64,000 nucleotides of DNA from Candidatus Thorarchaeota archaeon (GTDB lineage: Archaea; Asgardarchaeota; Thorarchaeia; Thorarchaeales; Thorarchaeaceae), in contig JAFGAR010000005.1 in the NCBI GenBank assembly GCA_016933575.1, positions 36,127 to 100,126 of the forward strand, read 5' to 3'. Position numbers and translations under genes: made by a program. Position 1 is the stretch's first letter. Each line of letters opens with the position of its first letter. Below the pieces are notes generated by a model. The model searched no databases. It was not told the DNA's origin and saw only the letters and a program-made list of their open reading frames with translations. Below are positions 19,914 through 29,284 of the stretch, one piece after another.

Positions 19914-20780
19914 CTAGAAATCGAAGATATCGTATGTTTCTTTCTCTAATTGATTGTTGCAGAAACCAAGAGTTATAGGAATCTCTACAGACTCGTCTTG
20001 ACCCCACGGAATATTCAAAGTGACCTTGAGACTGACCTCATTTCTTATGATTGGTCTGTTGAAAGTAGCCTGCATCGATTCATCTGTATCGAGTTGTATA
20101 TCCATCCAGACCCCCCTCTGAACCTCATCGTCATCTATGGATTGTTTAGCAAGTGTCTTCCATGAATTTCGCTCAAGTTTCCCTGCATGAACGATCTCAT
20201 CTGATTTCAATTCTACACGTACTTCTCGTATCTTTGCGTCGTGAGCGACTCGAAATCTCAGAGAAACTGGGTCTCCTAGACAAAAGCTATTATTCTCAAT
20301 CTCTACATCTAGAACTGGGTATCCATCTCTTTCAGCGCACTGATGCTGAAGTTGTTGAGGCAATTTTTCCATTGCCTGTCTGAAATCAAGATCTTTTTTT
20401 TCCTTGAGGTCACTTGCCCATGAGATCTCAACTACAGCCTCTAATGTGTACTCGATCCAACCATTTCTACCAGAGTAACTACTTAGAGTCCCCTCAGAAT
20501 TATCCGGGAATTGAAAACTAAATGGTAATCGTTTCTCTCCAGCTTGCATACTTCCAGCTTCTTGCAGATAAGATGTGTCTTCAAAATATACATGCTCATC
20601 AGTATGAACGTGGGTCGTCTTTCCAGTGCTAACTACTATACGAGTATGTTCACGCCCCTTGAAGGTAATGTGAATTCCGTTATGTTTGAAGTCATCATCG
20701 CACTTTATGATGACATGCCCCTCCACAGTTTCTCCAGCTTTGTACTGAGTTTTTGTTGCTATAATCTCTACATCTCTCAT
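19914..20780 (-). CDS. arrestin-fold protein (Arrestin_N + Arrestin_C-like)
   Basis: Y.AGETVEGHV.I..., I.FKGREHT, LPFSFQFP...SSYSGRNGWIEYTLEA, C-terminal SLKVTLNIPW..D..VEIPITLG; start placed at ATG 20780. Confidence 0.8.
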   Translation of the reverse strand: MRDVEIIATKTQYKAGETVEGHVIIKCDDDFKHNGIHITFKGREHTRIVVSTGKTTHVHTDEHVYFEDTSYLQEAGSMQAGEKRLPFSFQFPDNSEGTLSSYSGRNGWIEYTLEAVVEISWASDLKEKKDLDFRQAMEKLPQQLQHQCAERDGYPVLDVEIENNSFCLGDPVSLRFRVAHDAKIREVRVELKSDEIVHAGKLERNSWKTLAKQSIDDDEVQRGVWMDIQLDTDESMQATFNRPIIRNEVSLKVTLNIPWGQDESVEIPITLGFCNNQLEKETYDIFDF

Positions 20781-20876
20781 GTAGACACACTCTTCATGTA
20801 TTGAAGGTGTGTTCATCCGAAACCTTTTGATATTTGCGAAAACTCGTGTGTACTGAAATTTGTTTCAAGAAGACGA

Positions 20877-21000
20877 TGGTGCGGAGGGCGAGATTTGAAC
20901 TCGCGAACTCCTACGAGAATGCCTTTTTGTGAAGATTTCACAGCCTCACAAAATCTAGGCCCTCAACCTAGCGCCTTTAACCAGGCTGGGCAACCTCCGC
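20877..21000 (-). tRNA. tRNA-Leu(GAG) with a 36-nt intron at 43/44 (20919-20954)
   Basis: GCGGAGG/CCTCCGC acceptor, CTAGG-TTGAGGG-CCTAG; BHB GCCT-AG^A...AGGC-AT^T; removing the intron restores the Leu variable arm T-CTCGTAGGAG-TTC. Confidence 0.9.
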
Positions 21001-21154
21001 ATATGATTGAACAAGGACCAACACTCCTTATTCCTGGCAAGCGCTTTAGGAGTATTGGATTATGGAGTTCATCGTTTTTCGTAAAGGTTTGCATGATAAG
21101 GATTTCTGTTGAATACAATTAGATGACTAACTGGTTATTCGTGCGATTATCGTC

Positions 21155-21811
21155 TCAGGCTCCATATTCTGACTGAAATACTCCTTTCTGTATAGAATAT
21201 TTACTTCCGAGATAGCAGAATCCCGCCAGCAACACGATTAATAATCCATAGAACAAGAACGCATCAATTCATATAATAGAAGTCGTAAAGATTAATCCAA
21301 AGATAGCCTGAGCTCGAGGCCAACTTCGGTACTCCTTGATGTTCCTAGTCAGAAACTTGAGGTCATGTCCATTCATTCTACTTGGGTCTTGTGCAACAAT
21401 TATCTGCAGATAGCGTTCAGAATTTGATATTTTATCTGGACCACTATGTAGCGCCAGTGAGAACACAAATGCCACAACAAAGAACCCAACATTGGCATAA
21501 CTTACTACATAGGTAACTAACGCTCCAAAGATAGATAAACTGAGTGAAATGAGTAGAAAGAGGGCAAATGGTCTATTGCCGATAGCAGCTCCAATCCCTG
21601 GGCTCCATTTTGCCCCCTCACTAGGACTAACAAGTATTTTGTAAGATACACAGTTATCTGGAATTCCCTCCTCGTTTTTATTCAAGATTCTTGCACTGAA
21701 TTGACCTGCTGTGTCAACCAGATCGAGTCGTCTAGCTCCTTCAAAGAGAACAAGACAGCCAATTCCTACTATCAAGAAATTAATGTATTCCATGACATCC
21801 CCTGAAAACAT
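21155..21811 (-). pseudogene. membrane protein with in-frame TGA at 21269-21271
   Basis: Frame continues 37 codons past the TGA and encodes another TM helix (IDAFLFYGLLIVLLAGFCYLG) before TGA at 21155. Confidence 0.5.
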
Positions 21812-21853
21812 TGTACATGAAGGCGTAAATACTTTCTAATAGCCTCTTTCTGT

Positions 21854-22144
21854 TCATTCTTCTGATATATCATACATTGCTTCAATGCTTCTAAGATATT
21901 GGCCTGTAGTTGCGTCCCACACATTTGTGATCCTAAAGTCGTGTGAGATGAGTTCCTTTCCATTAGGCGACCAGTACCATCGGTTCATCTCGGCTTGGAT
22001 TGTGACAATCTTTGTACCTGTGACTGTATCCCAGACGGTAGCTTCCGTTCCATAGTTTTTCCATGCAACAACTCTACTCTCATCGGGTGAAAATACCAAG
22101 TGATCAAAATCCTTCTCTAGATCTCTTACCAGTTGTTCGTTCAT
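21854..22144 (-). CDS. short WD40-like beta-propeller fragment
   Basis: Two blades: FSPDESRVV..VWDTVTG and WSPNGKELI..VWDATTG. Confidence 0.6.
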   Translation of the reverse strand: MNEQLVRDLEKDFDHLVFSPDESRVVAWKNYGTEATVWDTVTGTKIVTIQAEMNRWYWSPNGKELISHDFRITNVWDATTGQYLRSIEAMYDISEE

Positions 22145-22534
22145 AGTAAAACGAGTTTTTGGAGACCTGGAGTCTTATATCTATAATCGGTTTGAATTGC
22201 GACCAATCCATGACAAAAGTAGAATTTCATTGGAACAGAAGGAATCACACCATAGTGATAATCCACTCTGTTCTCACATATTCAACTACTCTAATTAGCG
22301 AGTAGTACCAGCAAGCCACTCGAAGAAACCTAATTGGGTTTTCTTTTGGCTTTCTTTCTTGTCTTTTTTATAGTTCATTATTTTTCACCTTGTAACTATA
22401 GAGTTTCGTGGGACTGTGTATAAGGATGATGGAACCTGCACACCCATTAAGACCATGGTTTTATGGCATTCTAAGGCTGTTTTGAGCACAGGTTATTTTT
22501 CGGGGTCTTTTTGACATTTAGCAAAAAACAGAAA

Positions 22535-22559
22535 TGGAGCCCCGGGTGGGATTCGAATT
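22535..22559 (-). repeat. tRNA-Thr 3'-end remnant (att-like direct repeat)
   Basis: TGGAGCCCCGGGTGGGATTCGAATT matches 23325-23349 at 23/25 nt. Confidence 0.85.
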
Positions 22560-22647
22560 GTATTTATTCTCTCACTCAAGATGATTTCTTTGATAAGTAA
22601 GAAAGGATCTTTATCATATTTTCATCTTATTATCTGGTGAAAACAAA

Positions 22648-23307
22648 TTGGTCTTAAGAAAGAAAACTGGTCCCAGCGATTTTGATTCTGACTATTACTA
22701 TGTAGATGATGATTGTTTAAAATTAGAAGGAATTCTCAGAACCAGAACAGAGTTTTCGAGTTGTAGAATCAAGAGGTTGTCTGTTGTTGATACTTTTGGT
22801 GGGAATCCCCCTTCATCAGAGGATCCATTTGCTGTCATTAGTGGTGAAGAATCTCTCATGGTATGGGTATATCCTTGGGAACTTGAAGCTCTCAGTAATC
22901 CTGATAATTTACTTGCCTATCTCACAGTTGAATCTGAACGGACTAAGATTGGAGATAAGTATGATTATACCATTCTAATACTTGGCGTGCTGATTATATT
23001 TATGGCCTTTACTCTGGTGACTAGCATATTGTTCTCGATAGGATATATACTAAATTCATTTCAGTCTGGAGTTATTGTAGTATTGGTCATAACTTCTATT
23101 GGAATTGCCTTTGCATTTTATCGAACACTTAAACAAAAACGGAATCTATTAGTTGATTTAGATATCAGATATGCCAGAGAAACTACTGAATTCCGTGAGG
23201 CTCTTCGTATATTATCGAATCTTTCAGACCGCTACGATTTGATGGATATTACCAAGTATGTTCGACGCCACAAAACCATTGAAGATGCGTTACTATCAGG
23301 TAGTTGA
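22648..23307 (+). CDS. hypothetical membrane protein (2 TM), AT-rich, between tRNA-Thr repeats
   Basis: 219-aa ORF with two hydrophobic helices. Confidence 0.65.
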   Translation: MVLRKKTGPSDFDSDYYYVDDDCLKLEGILRTRTEFSSCRIKRLSVVDTFGGNPPSSEDPFAVISGEESLMVWVYPWELEALSNPDNLLAYLTVESERTKIGDKYDYTILILGVLIIFMAFTLVTSILFSIGYILNSFQSGVIVVLVITSIGIAFAFYRTLKQKRNLLVDLDIRYARETTEFREALRILSNLSDRYDLMDITKYVRRHKTIEDALLSGS

Positions 23308-23324
23308 TTCTTGTGCATGAAAAA

Positions 23325-23430
23325 TGGAGCCCCGGGCGGGATTTGAATTCGCGTTCTGGTCCGAAATGAACCAAAAACCCGCGACGTTCTGCTTACGAAG
23401 CAGACGCTATAGCCGCTAAGCCACCGAGGC
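23325..23430 (-). tRNA. tRNA-Thr(CGT) with a 30-nt intron at 53/54 (23348-23377)
   Basis: GCCTCGG/CCGGGGC acceptor, TCTGC-TTCGTAA-GCAGA; BHB CGCG-GG^T...CGCG-AA^T; splicing restores GCGGG-TTCAAAT-CCCGC. Confidence 0.92.
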
Positions 23431-23510
23431 TCGCTTCAGAGCTCACCGCTTCAAATCGCTAATAAAACTTTATCATGAAGCCCTGTTTATGTTGTCAACA
23501 GGTAAATCTG

Positions 23511-24503
23511 ATGAATCTAGGTGACTTGGGCGAACGAGGGTTTCTTGCGAGAATCAGCAACTATGTCAATCTCATCAAGGGTGCTCGATTAGGTTTTGAT
23601 GATGATGCCTCGGATATACCCCTCACGCCGGAGCAGAACCTTGTCATCAATGTTGATACCTTTGTTCGTAAGACGGATTGGCTTCCTGGTATGTCTGCTG
23701 CTCAAGTAGGTCGTAAGACTGCCGTAATGGCTCTCAGTGACCTTGCTGCAAAAGGTGCAAGACCCCTTGCAACCATGCTATCTCTATGCGTTCCAGAGCA
23801 TTTTGATACATCAGAAGCTGATGAGATTGTGCGTGGTTTCTCTCAATATTGTGTGAAATCTGGGATTCCCTTTATTGGTGGTGATATGGGAATGGCATTG
23901 GATGTGGTTCTCACAGCTGTAGCTATAGGCACTGCACATCCAGATACAATCATTGCCCGTAGTGGAGCAAAGGCTGGGGATATTCTTGCTGTCACTGGCT
24001 ATTTCGGACTTACCTCAGTTGCCTATGAGATGCTAATCAACGGATGCGAGGCTGATCCTGAACTACACAAGAATGCACTTCTTGCTGCATACAAACCGAC
24101 CATTGACTTGGGCATCGTTTCCGTTCTTGCAGAGAGTAGAGCAGTCACTGCATCAATGGATAGTAGTGATGGTCTGGGTATCACACTCAACACCTTGGCG
24201 AAACAGAGCAATGTTGCATTTGTTATTGATACTCTTCCTTCAGATAGGGGTGTCGAGATCTTTGCTCGAATGAATATGATGGATGAAATGAAGTTTGTAA
24301 TGATGGGCGGCGAAGAATTTCACTTGGTATTGACCATACCACATGATAAGTTCGAAATAGCGCAAGCTATTGCAGCGTCAAGACATGTTCCTCTAATTGA
24401 GATTGGTCACGTTCAGGAAGGCGATAAGGTTGTATACGAATCCTCTGAGGGCTATGTTGATGTCCCTTCTGCTGGTTATGATAATTTCAAGGAATGGGGC
24501 TGA
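23511..24503 (+). CDS. thiL: thiamine-monophosphate kinase
   Basis: LGERGF, GFDDDA, LSDLAAKGA, GGD, RSGAKAGD, MDSSDGL, GGEEF. Confidence 0.93.
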   Translation: MNLGDLGERGFLARISNYVNLIKGARLGFDDDASDIPLTPEQNLVINVDTFVRKTDWLPGMSAAQVGRKTAVMALSDLAAKGARPLATMLSLCVPEHFDTSEADEIVRGFSQYCVKSGIPFIGGDMGMALDVVLTAVAIGTAHPDTIIARSGAKAGDILAVTGYFGLTSVAYEMLINGCEADPELHKNALLAAYKPTIDLGIVSVLAESRAVTASMDSSDGLGITLNTLAKQSNVAFVIDTLPSDRGVEIFARMNMMDEMKFVMMGGEEFHLVLTIPHDKFEIAQAIAASRHVPLIEIGHVQEGDKVVYESSEGYVDVPSAGYDNFKEWG

Positions 24504-24519
24504 TTCGGAGTAGATTCTA

Positions 24520-26247
24520 GTGAAACCAGTTGAGCACATCGGGCTGATTGATGGGTATGTAGATGAGCCCACGGTGTTAGGAGTTCCACCCTATATGAGC
24601 ATCTACCCTCGATACATATCTGGAGCAGTATGGTCCGTCAGTCCTCATACTCAAATTCACTATCAGGCAATTGATCAAGTTCGAGTGAGTTTTGCGAATG
24701 CACAGACCTTCTGGTCAAAGATGGACCTTCTCATTCTCATTGCAGGAATGATTGTCCCGGGGAAATACATTGGAGGAACCCCCATTTCAGTCCGCGAGGC
24801 AAGATCTCTTTTCTCTGCGCCATCTCTGGAGGATATTCCAAAGATTTTGGTAGGGCCTTGGGCAAAATTTGGTTGTGGGCTTGAGGGTGGTAAAATTGCA
24901 CTTAGTTCAGACACCTTAGCTCCACCCTTTGACTATATCATTAAGGGTGACCCAGAAATAGTCCTTGCTCGTAGTCTTGCATCGTCAACCAGCTTCGAAG
25001 ATGCTGATCTTAACTATACACGAACAAGTGCAAGGGAGATTGAGCCTTATACAACAAAGGGTGCACATATTGTGCCTCAATTTCCTGGCTTCTCGATTGG
25101 TCACATCATTTGTGAGATTGAGACTTATCGTGGGTGCCCTAGATATCTGACTGGCGGCTGTTCGTTCTGTGTTGAACCCTCGTATGGTATTCCTCAACAA
25201 AGGACCGTCGAATCTATTGTAAGTGAAATTGAGGAGCTCTATAGGTTAGGAGTCCGCGCATTTCGACTTGGTCATCAAGCAGATCTTTTCACATATGGTT
25301 CCTCAGAGATTGGCGAAGTTGAGTTTCCAACTCCAGATGCAGCCGCCATTGAGCATCTTTTCTCTGGAATTCGAATGGTAGCTCCTGACCTTGGTGTACT
25401 GCACATCGATAATGTGAATCCAGGAACAATTGCACAACATCCAGAGGAATCAAAACAAGTCGCAAAAGTGATCATAAGATATCATACTCCTGGTGATGTG
25501 GCAGCATTTGGGGTTGAATCAACAGACCCCGAAGTGATACGTAGAAACAATCTCAAGGCAGATGTTGATGAAGTGCTCTCTGCTATTCGGCTCTTGAATG
25601 AGATTGGTGGAATGCGTAATCCTTGGGGTCTACCGCACCTCCTCCCAGGAATCAACTTGCTCTACGGATTGCCTGGCGAATCTACAAGAACTATAGAACA
25701 CAACATGGATTTTCTCACACAGGTTCTAAATGAAGGTCTTCTGATCAGAAGGATAAATGTACGACAGGTGATTGGACTTGAGGGAACTAGTCTCGGGACA
25801 AATTCTGGAACACGTATCAAGAGGAACCAATTCTTCAGACATAAAGAGGAGATACGAACAACTATCGATCTTGAGATGATACGAAAAGTTGCGCCTCCAG
25901 GTACTGTTCTCACATCAGTGTTTCTTGAAGATGAAGAAGGAAACCATTACCTGCTTCGTCAACTTGGAACCTATCCCCTACTCTGTCATATGCCTAAGAC
26001 TGATGGACTAATACCTAATGATGTATTTGTAGTAGATCATGGACCAAGATCTCTCACTGTCTTACCCTATCCATTCATCCCCCAAGAGGCATCCCTTTCG
26101 CAATGGAAGGCAATCTCTGGAATCGGTGCCAAACGTGCTACCAGAATCAAATCAATTGCTTCACCTAAAAATCTGGATGATATTCAACAGGTTCTTGATA
26201 TGGAACTTCCAGAATGGCTTTCCCGAACTTTCCATTTTGAAAACTGA
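24520..26247 (+). CDS. radical SAM protein with C-terminal helix-hairpin-helix (COG1031-like)
   Basis: IDGYVDEP..LGVPPY, ETYRGCPR...GCSFC.EP, LHIDNVNP, ISGIGAKRA HhH. Confidence 0.88.
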   Translation: MKPVEHIGLIDGYVDEPTVLGVPPYMSIYPRYISGAVWSVSPHTQIHYQAIDQVRVSFANAQTFWSKMDLLILIAGMIVPGKYIGGTPISVREARSLFSAPSLEDIPKILVGPWAKFGCGLEGGKIALSSDTLAPPFDYIIKGDPEIVLARSLASSTSFEDADLNYTRTSAREIEPYTTKGAHIVPQFPGFSIGHIICEIETYRGCPRYLTGGCSFCVEPSYGIPQQRTVESIVSEIEELYRLGVRAFRLGHQADLFTYGSSEIGEVEFPTPDAAAIEHLFSGIRMVAPDLGVLHIDNVNPGTIAQHPEESKQVAKVIIRYHTPGDVAAFGVESTDPEVIRRNNLKADVDEVLSAIRLLNEIGGMRNPWGLPHLLPGINLLYGLPGESTRTIEHNMDFLTQVLNEGLLIRRINVRQVIGLEGTSLGTNSGTRIKRNQFFRHKEEIRTTIDLEMIRKVAPPGTVLTSVFLEDEEGNHYLLRQLGTYPLLCHMPKTDGLIPNDVFVVDHGPRSLTVLPYPFIPQEASLSQWKAISGIGAKRATRIKSIASPKNLDDIQQVLDMELPEWLSRTFHFEN

Positions 26248-26250
26248 AAA

Positions 26251-26359
26251 TGGCGGGCCCGGTGTGATTCGAACACACGGTCTCCAACTTAGAAGGCTGG
26301 CGCCCTATATACCAAAGAACACATAGAATGTGTATGTTTCCTGGCTAGGCAACGGGCCC
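26251..26359 (-). tRNA. tRNA-Arg(TCT) with a 31-nt D-loop intron (26309-26339)
   Basis: GGGCCCG/CGGGCCC acceptor, CCAGC-CTTCTAA-GTTGG; BHB CCTA/GCCA-GG^A...TGGT-AT^A/TAGG; splicing gives GCCTAGCCAGGATAGGGC. Confidence 0.92.
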
Positions 26360-26456
26360 TGCAATTTTCGACTTTTTTGTTTGGACATAAAGCTTTCCGA
26401 TAGGCACTATATATTCAATGAAACCCCCTGCGTCAGACCAAAGCTTTATTAAGTTA

Positions 26457-26485
26457 CAAAGTACTTTGCAATACAAAGCACTTTG
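26457..26485 (+). promoter_or_regulatory. putative operator (overlapping CAAAG/CTTTG palindromes)
   Basis: CAAAGTACTTTGCAATACAAAGCACTTTG just downstream of a TTTATTAA box, upstream of the membrane protein-wHTH pair. Confidence 0.5.
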
Positions 26486-26498
26486 CTGCGTGATTACA

Positions 26499-27128
26499 AT
26501 GAACGAACACCAGGATCTAAAAATGATTGAACAGGAATCTTATTGTGAATTGATGCAGGATGGCCTTACAGAAGTCCTTCTAGGTCTAGTCTTTCTAGTT
26601 CTCCCTCTTCTTCTATTTGAGCCAAGTTTCGTAGGGATATTTGTTGTCTTCTACATCATATTGATGCCTCAAGCGATTGAATCATTCAGAAAGAAGCACA
26701 CCTATCCTCGTATAGGATATGTGAAATTACAAGAAGAAGAAGCTCCAAAACTCTCTCTTGGAGTAGCAATGGTCGTACTTGTAATATTCATCATTATCAT
26801 CGTTGTCGTGCATGGTCTTTTTACCAATTTGATTGATCGATTTTTCATATATAGATGGTTACCTGCAGTCTTTGGTTTCATTATGTGGGGTCCATCATTG
26901 TATCTGAAAGACAAGACTGGGCAAAGCAAATACTATCTGTTTGGTCTTTTCATGTCAGTCACTGGTATTATGATTGGCCTAGCAGACTTCTCAACAGTAA
27001 ATATCCAAGGAGCCCTCTATATGCTCAGCTGGGGGACCTTTTTTGTAGTATTGGGACTGTTACGATTCCTTCTCTTCATACGTAAATACCCTGTTCTGGA
27101 GAATCCCGAGGATGATATAGATGAGTAA
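26499..27128 (+). CDS. membrane protein (DGLTE...TYPRIGYV family)
   Basis: ~6 TM; QDGLTEVLLG, TYPRIGYVK, FIRKYP motifs; coupled to downstream wHTH gene. Confidence 0.8.
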   Translation: MNEHQDLKMIEQESYCELMQDGLTEVLLGLVFLVLPLLLFEPSFVGIFVVFYIILMPQAIESFRKKHTYPRIGYVKLQEEEAPKLSLGVAMVVLVIFIIIIVVVHGLFTNLIDRFFIYRWLPAVFGFIMWGPSLYLKDKTGQSKYYLFGLFMSVTGIMIGLADFSTVNIQGALYMLSWGTFFVVLGLLRFLLFIRKYPVLENPEDDIDE

Positions 27129-27432
27129 TGATGATAACAGTCCTGTAGAAATTGATAAACTAATTCACGAACCAGCTCGCCTCCAGATTATGACTCATCT
27201 CTATGTTGTAGAGGCGGCTGACTTTCTCTTCCTAATGAGAAAGACGGGACTTACTTGGGGAAACCTATCCTCACATATGACTAAACTTGAAGAAGCAGAA
27301 TATATCGAAGTGAAAAAGGAGTTCTTGGACAAGAAGCCTCATACTGTACTAAAATTGACCGATATCGGGAGAACTGCATTCGAAAAATATCGTGGTGCAA
27401 TTGAAAAGGTCTTTGAAGACCTTCCCAATTAG
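27121..27432 (+). CDS. winged-helix transcriptional regulator (HTH_34/MarR-like)
   Basis: DKLIHEPARL, GLTWGNLSSHMTKLEEA.YI, K.F..KKP.T...LT..GR.AF. Confidence 0.92.
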   Translation: MSNDDNSPVEIDKLIHEPARLQIMTHLYVVEAADFLFLMRKTGLTWGNLSSHMTKLEEAEYIEVKKEFLDKKPHTVLKLTDIGRTAFEKYRGAIEKVFEDLPN

Positions 27433-27442
27433 GTTGGGACCA

Positions 27443-27465
27443 GGGGAGGGAGAAAATCCCTCCTC
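27443..27465. terminator. hairpin between convergent genes
   Basis: GGGGAGGGA-GAAAA-TCCCTCCTC. Confidence 0.45.
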
Positions 27466-27470
27466 ACAGT

Positions 27471-27986
27471 CTATTTATACACAACTTTCAAGTCTGTTAC
27501 AAGCTTGATACATGATCCAATCAGACAGTTACCAATTGGACAATTAGCGTGTGCCACTTCAAACAGTTTCTCTAGGCGGTCTTCCTTCACACCTTTCTCA
27601 ACTGTCACAGTAGTAGCAATCTCGATTGTAGTGAACCGGCTCATCGCTGTTGCATCATCAGTCTCATAGTGTCCTATGATTTCTGACTGAATATCGATTG
27701 GATCAATGTGAGCACTTTTCATCGCAATCTCGAAAACAAGATTAACACAAGCCCCAATAGATGCAAGAAATAGATGATGCGGACTTGTTGAACCTGGGTG
27801 GTCTTTCAACATTGGTGGCGGACATGCTGTTGTACTCTGGTGACCACCAAGAGTGATTGCATGTACTTTCTCTGTACCTGTTGAGTGCAGCTTAGCTGTG
27901 AATATGGATTCTCCCATAGTTTTTACCTTCTGAGTCATCTCATCAAATGACACTGGACTCGAGCTCGGTTGAGAATTATGATTCAT
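27471..27986 (-). CDS. OsmC/Ohr family protein
   Basis: SPHHLFLASIGAC and AHANCPIGN two-Cys pattern. Confidence 0.85.
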   Translation of the reverse strand: MNHNSQPSSSPVSFDEMTQKVKTMGESIFTAKLHSTGTEKVHAITLGGHQSTTACPPPMLKDHPGSTSPHHLFLASIGACVNLVFEIAMKSAHIDPIDIQSEIIGHYETDDATAMSRFTTIEIATTVTVEKGVKEDRLEKLFEVAHANCPIGNCLIGSCIKLVTDLKVVYK

Positions 27987-28041
27987 ATATAGGTCGCGGA
28001 TGCGGCTACAATTTTCTATATCACTTCACAGAATATCGACT

Positions 28042-28821
28042 CTATTTTCCTCTCAGTCCTTCACAGAATGCAAGAATATTCTTTCCAAGGTCTTTGTAGT
28101 TATACCCACCCTCGAGAAGGGCATACCTTCTGCCGTCGCATCTCTCCTGAGCAAAATCATTCATCAATAGACCAAGTCTGTGAAAGGCATCCGTTGAGAG
28201 ATTACTGCCCCAATCATCGATATACTGGTCAAATCCTGCGGAAGCCACAATAATATCCACATCTGGTGATTCATCGAGTGCTCTCTTTGCATCAGCAAGG
28301 TACCGTTTATCACCATCACCATCGGGATTATAAATGACAAATCTCTTGTCATCACCAAGGATATTGATGTTTCCATCGCCCTCATGAAGATCGAAATCCA
28401 AGATGAATGCAGAGTCGATTAATCCCATTGCTCTAAGATGAAGTAAAGAAACAGAGATGTTATTGAAATAGCAAAAGCCCCAGTGAGAGTCCATTGAAGC
28501 GTGATGCCCGGGTGGACGAATCAATCCGAAGGCAGGTTCTCCCTTTGTAGCAATCTCTCCTGCCAATATCGCTCCTCCAGCGGCGAGAAATGCCATCTTT
28601 GACAGATGGGAGTCCCGTTTGACCCCCTCAACAAGATTTTGCGTATGCGCACGAAGGACTTGTTCATCTGTTGCAGGTTTTTGTTCGATGAGTGTATAGT
28701 CAGAATGCTTACGTAAAGTCTCAACTGCTGACTCCAGTCTTCCTGGCGCTCCTGCAGGAGTACTGTCATATCTATTGAGCATGTATGGATGAAAGACTAT
28801 TTTCACACGGTACCAATGCAC
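28042..28821 (-). CDS. histone deacetylase-family amidohydrolase (compact)
   Basis: RPPGHHA, GFCYFNN, DFDLHEGDG, SAGFD, LEGGY. Confidence 0.93.
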   Translation of the reverse strand: MHWYRVKIVFHPYMLNRYDSTPAGAPGRLESAVETLRKHSDYTLIEQKPATDEQVLRAHTQNLVEGVKRDSHLSKMAFLAAGGAILAGEIATKGEPAFGLIRPPGHHASMDSHWGFCYFNNISVSLLHLRAMGLIDSAFILDFDLHEGDGNINILGDDKRFVIYNPDGDGDKRYLADAKRALDESPDVDIIVASAGFDQYIDDWGSNLSTDAFHRLGLLMNDFAQERCDGRRYALLEGGYNYKDLGKNILAFCEGLRGK

Positions 28822-28889
28822 AATGTAAGATATGTGTTTGTGGGTTTTGAAACAAGCAATTCAAAAAAGTGGTACAAAAAGAATTCAAT

Positions 28890-28919
28890 GGACAGCGCAG
28901 GCTTGCTGCCTGCCTGTCC
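28890..28919 (-). terminator. hairpin downstream of rpl12
   Basis: GGACAG-GCAGGC/GCCTGC-CTGTCC stem, T-tract follows on the minus strand. Confidence 0.5.
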
Positions 28920-28961
28920 TCGTTTATTATTCAAGAAACAAAAAGAGGGAATAGAATAGCC

Positions 28962-29264
28962 CTAACCGAATAGACTACCAAGTCCAGCAGTGAACTCTTC
29001 TTCCTTCTCTTCAGGTTCTTCTTTTTTCTTCTCTTCTGCTGCAGCGGCTGCGCCTCCACTGGATGTGGCTACGGCTGCAACTGGCATGGCGGCTGCACTC
29101 TTCAAGGCCTCGTCGATATCGACACCTTCGAGGGCTGCGAGTAATGCTTTGACTCTACCTTTGTCAGGTGTGACACCTGCTGCAGTCAAAACATCTTCCA
29201 TTGCCTTAGCTGCTAATTTCTTACCAGCCTTGTGGAGCAGAAGTGCTGTGTATACGTATTCCAT
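28962..29264 (-). CDS. rpl12: ribosomal stalk protein P1/L12
   Basis: [11 protein letters not shown]...GLGSLFG. Confidence 0.97.
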   Translation of the reverse strand: MEYVYTALLLHKAGKKLAAKAMEDVLTAAGVTPDKGRVKALLAALEGVDIDEALKSAAAMPVAAVATSSGGAAAAAEEKKKEEPEEKEEEFTAGLGSLFG

Positions 29265-29284
29265 TGTTTTTACCTCGCTATTGT

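Noticed and set aside
21269-21271. In-frame TGA as selenocysteine
   Set aside because: Lies between TM helices with no redox motif and no recognisable SECIS; TGG->TGA mutation or sequencing error is simpler
22535-22559. tRNA 3' fragments as trans-spliced split-tRNA halves (also 61836 and 62678)
   Set aside because: No complementary GC-rich leader or matching 5' half seen in the window; direct-repeat geometry fits att remnants better, though not excluded genome-wide
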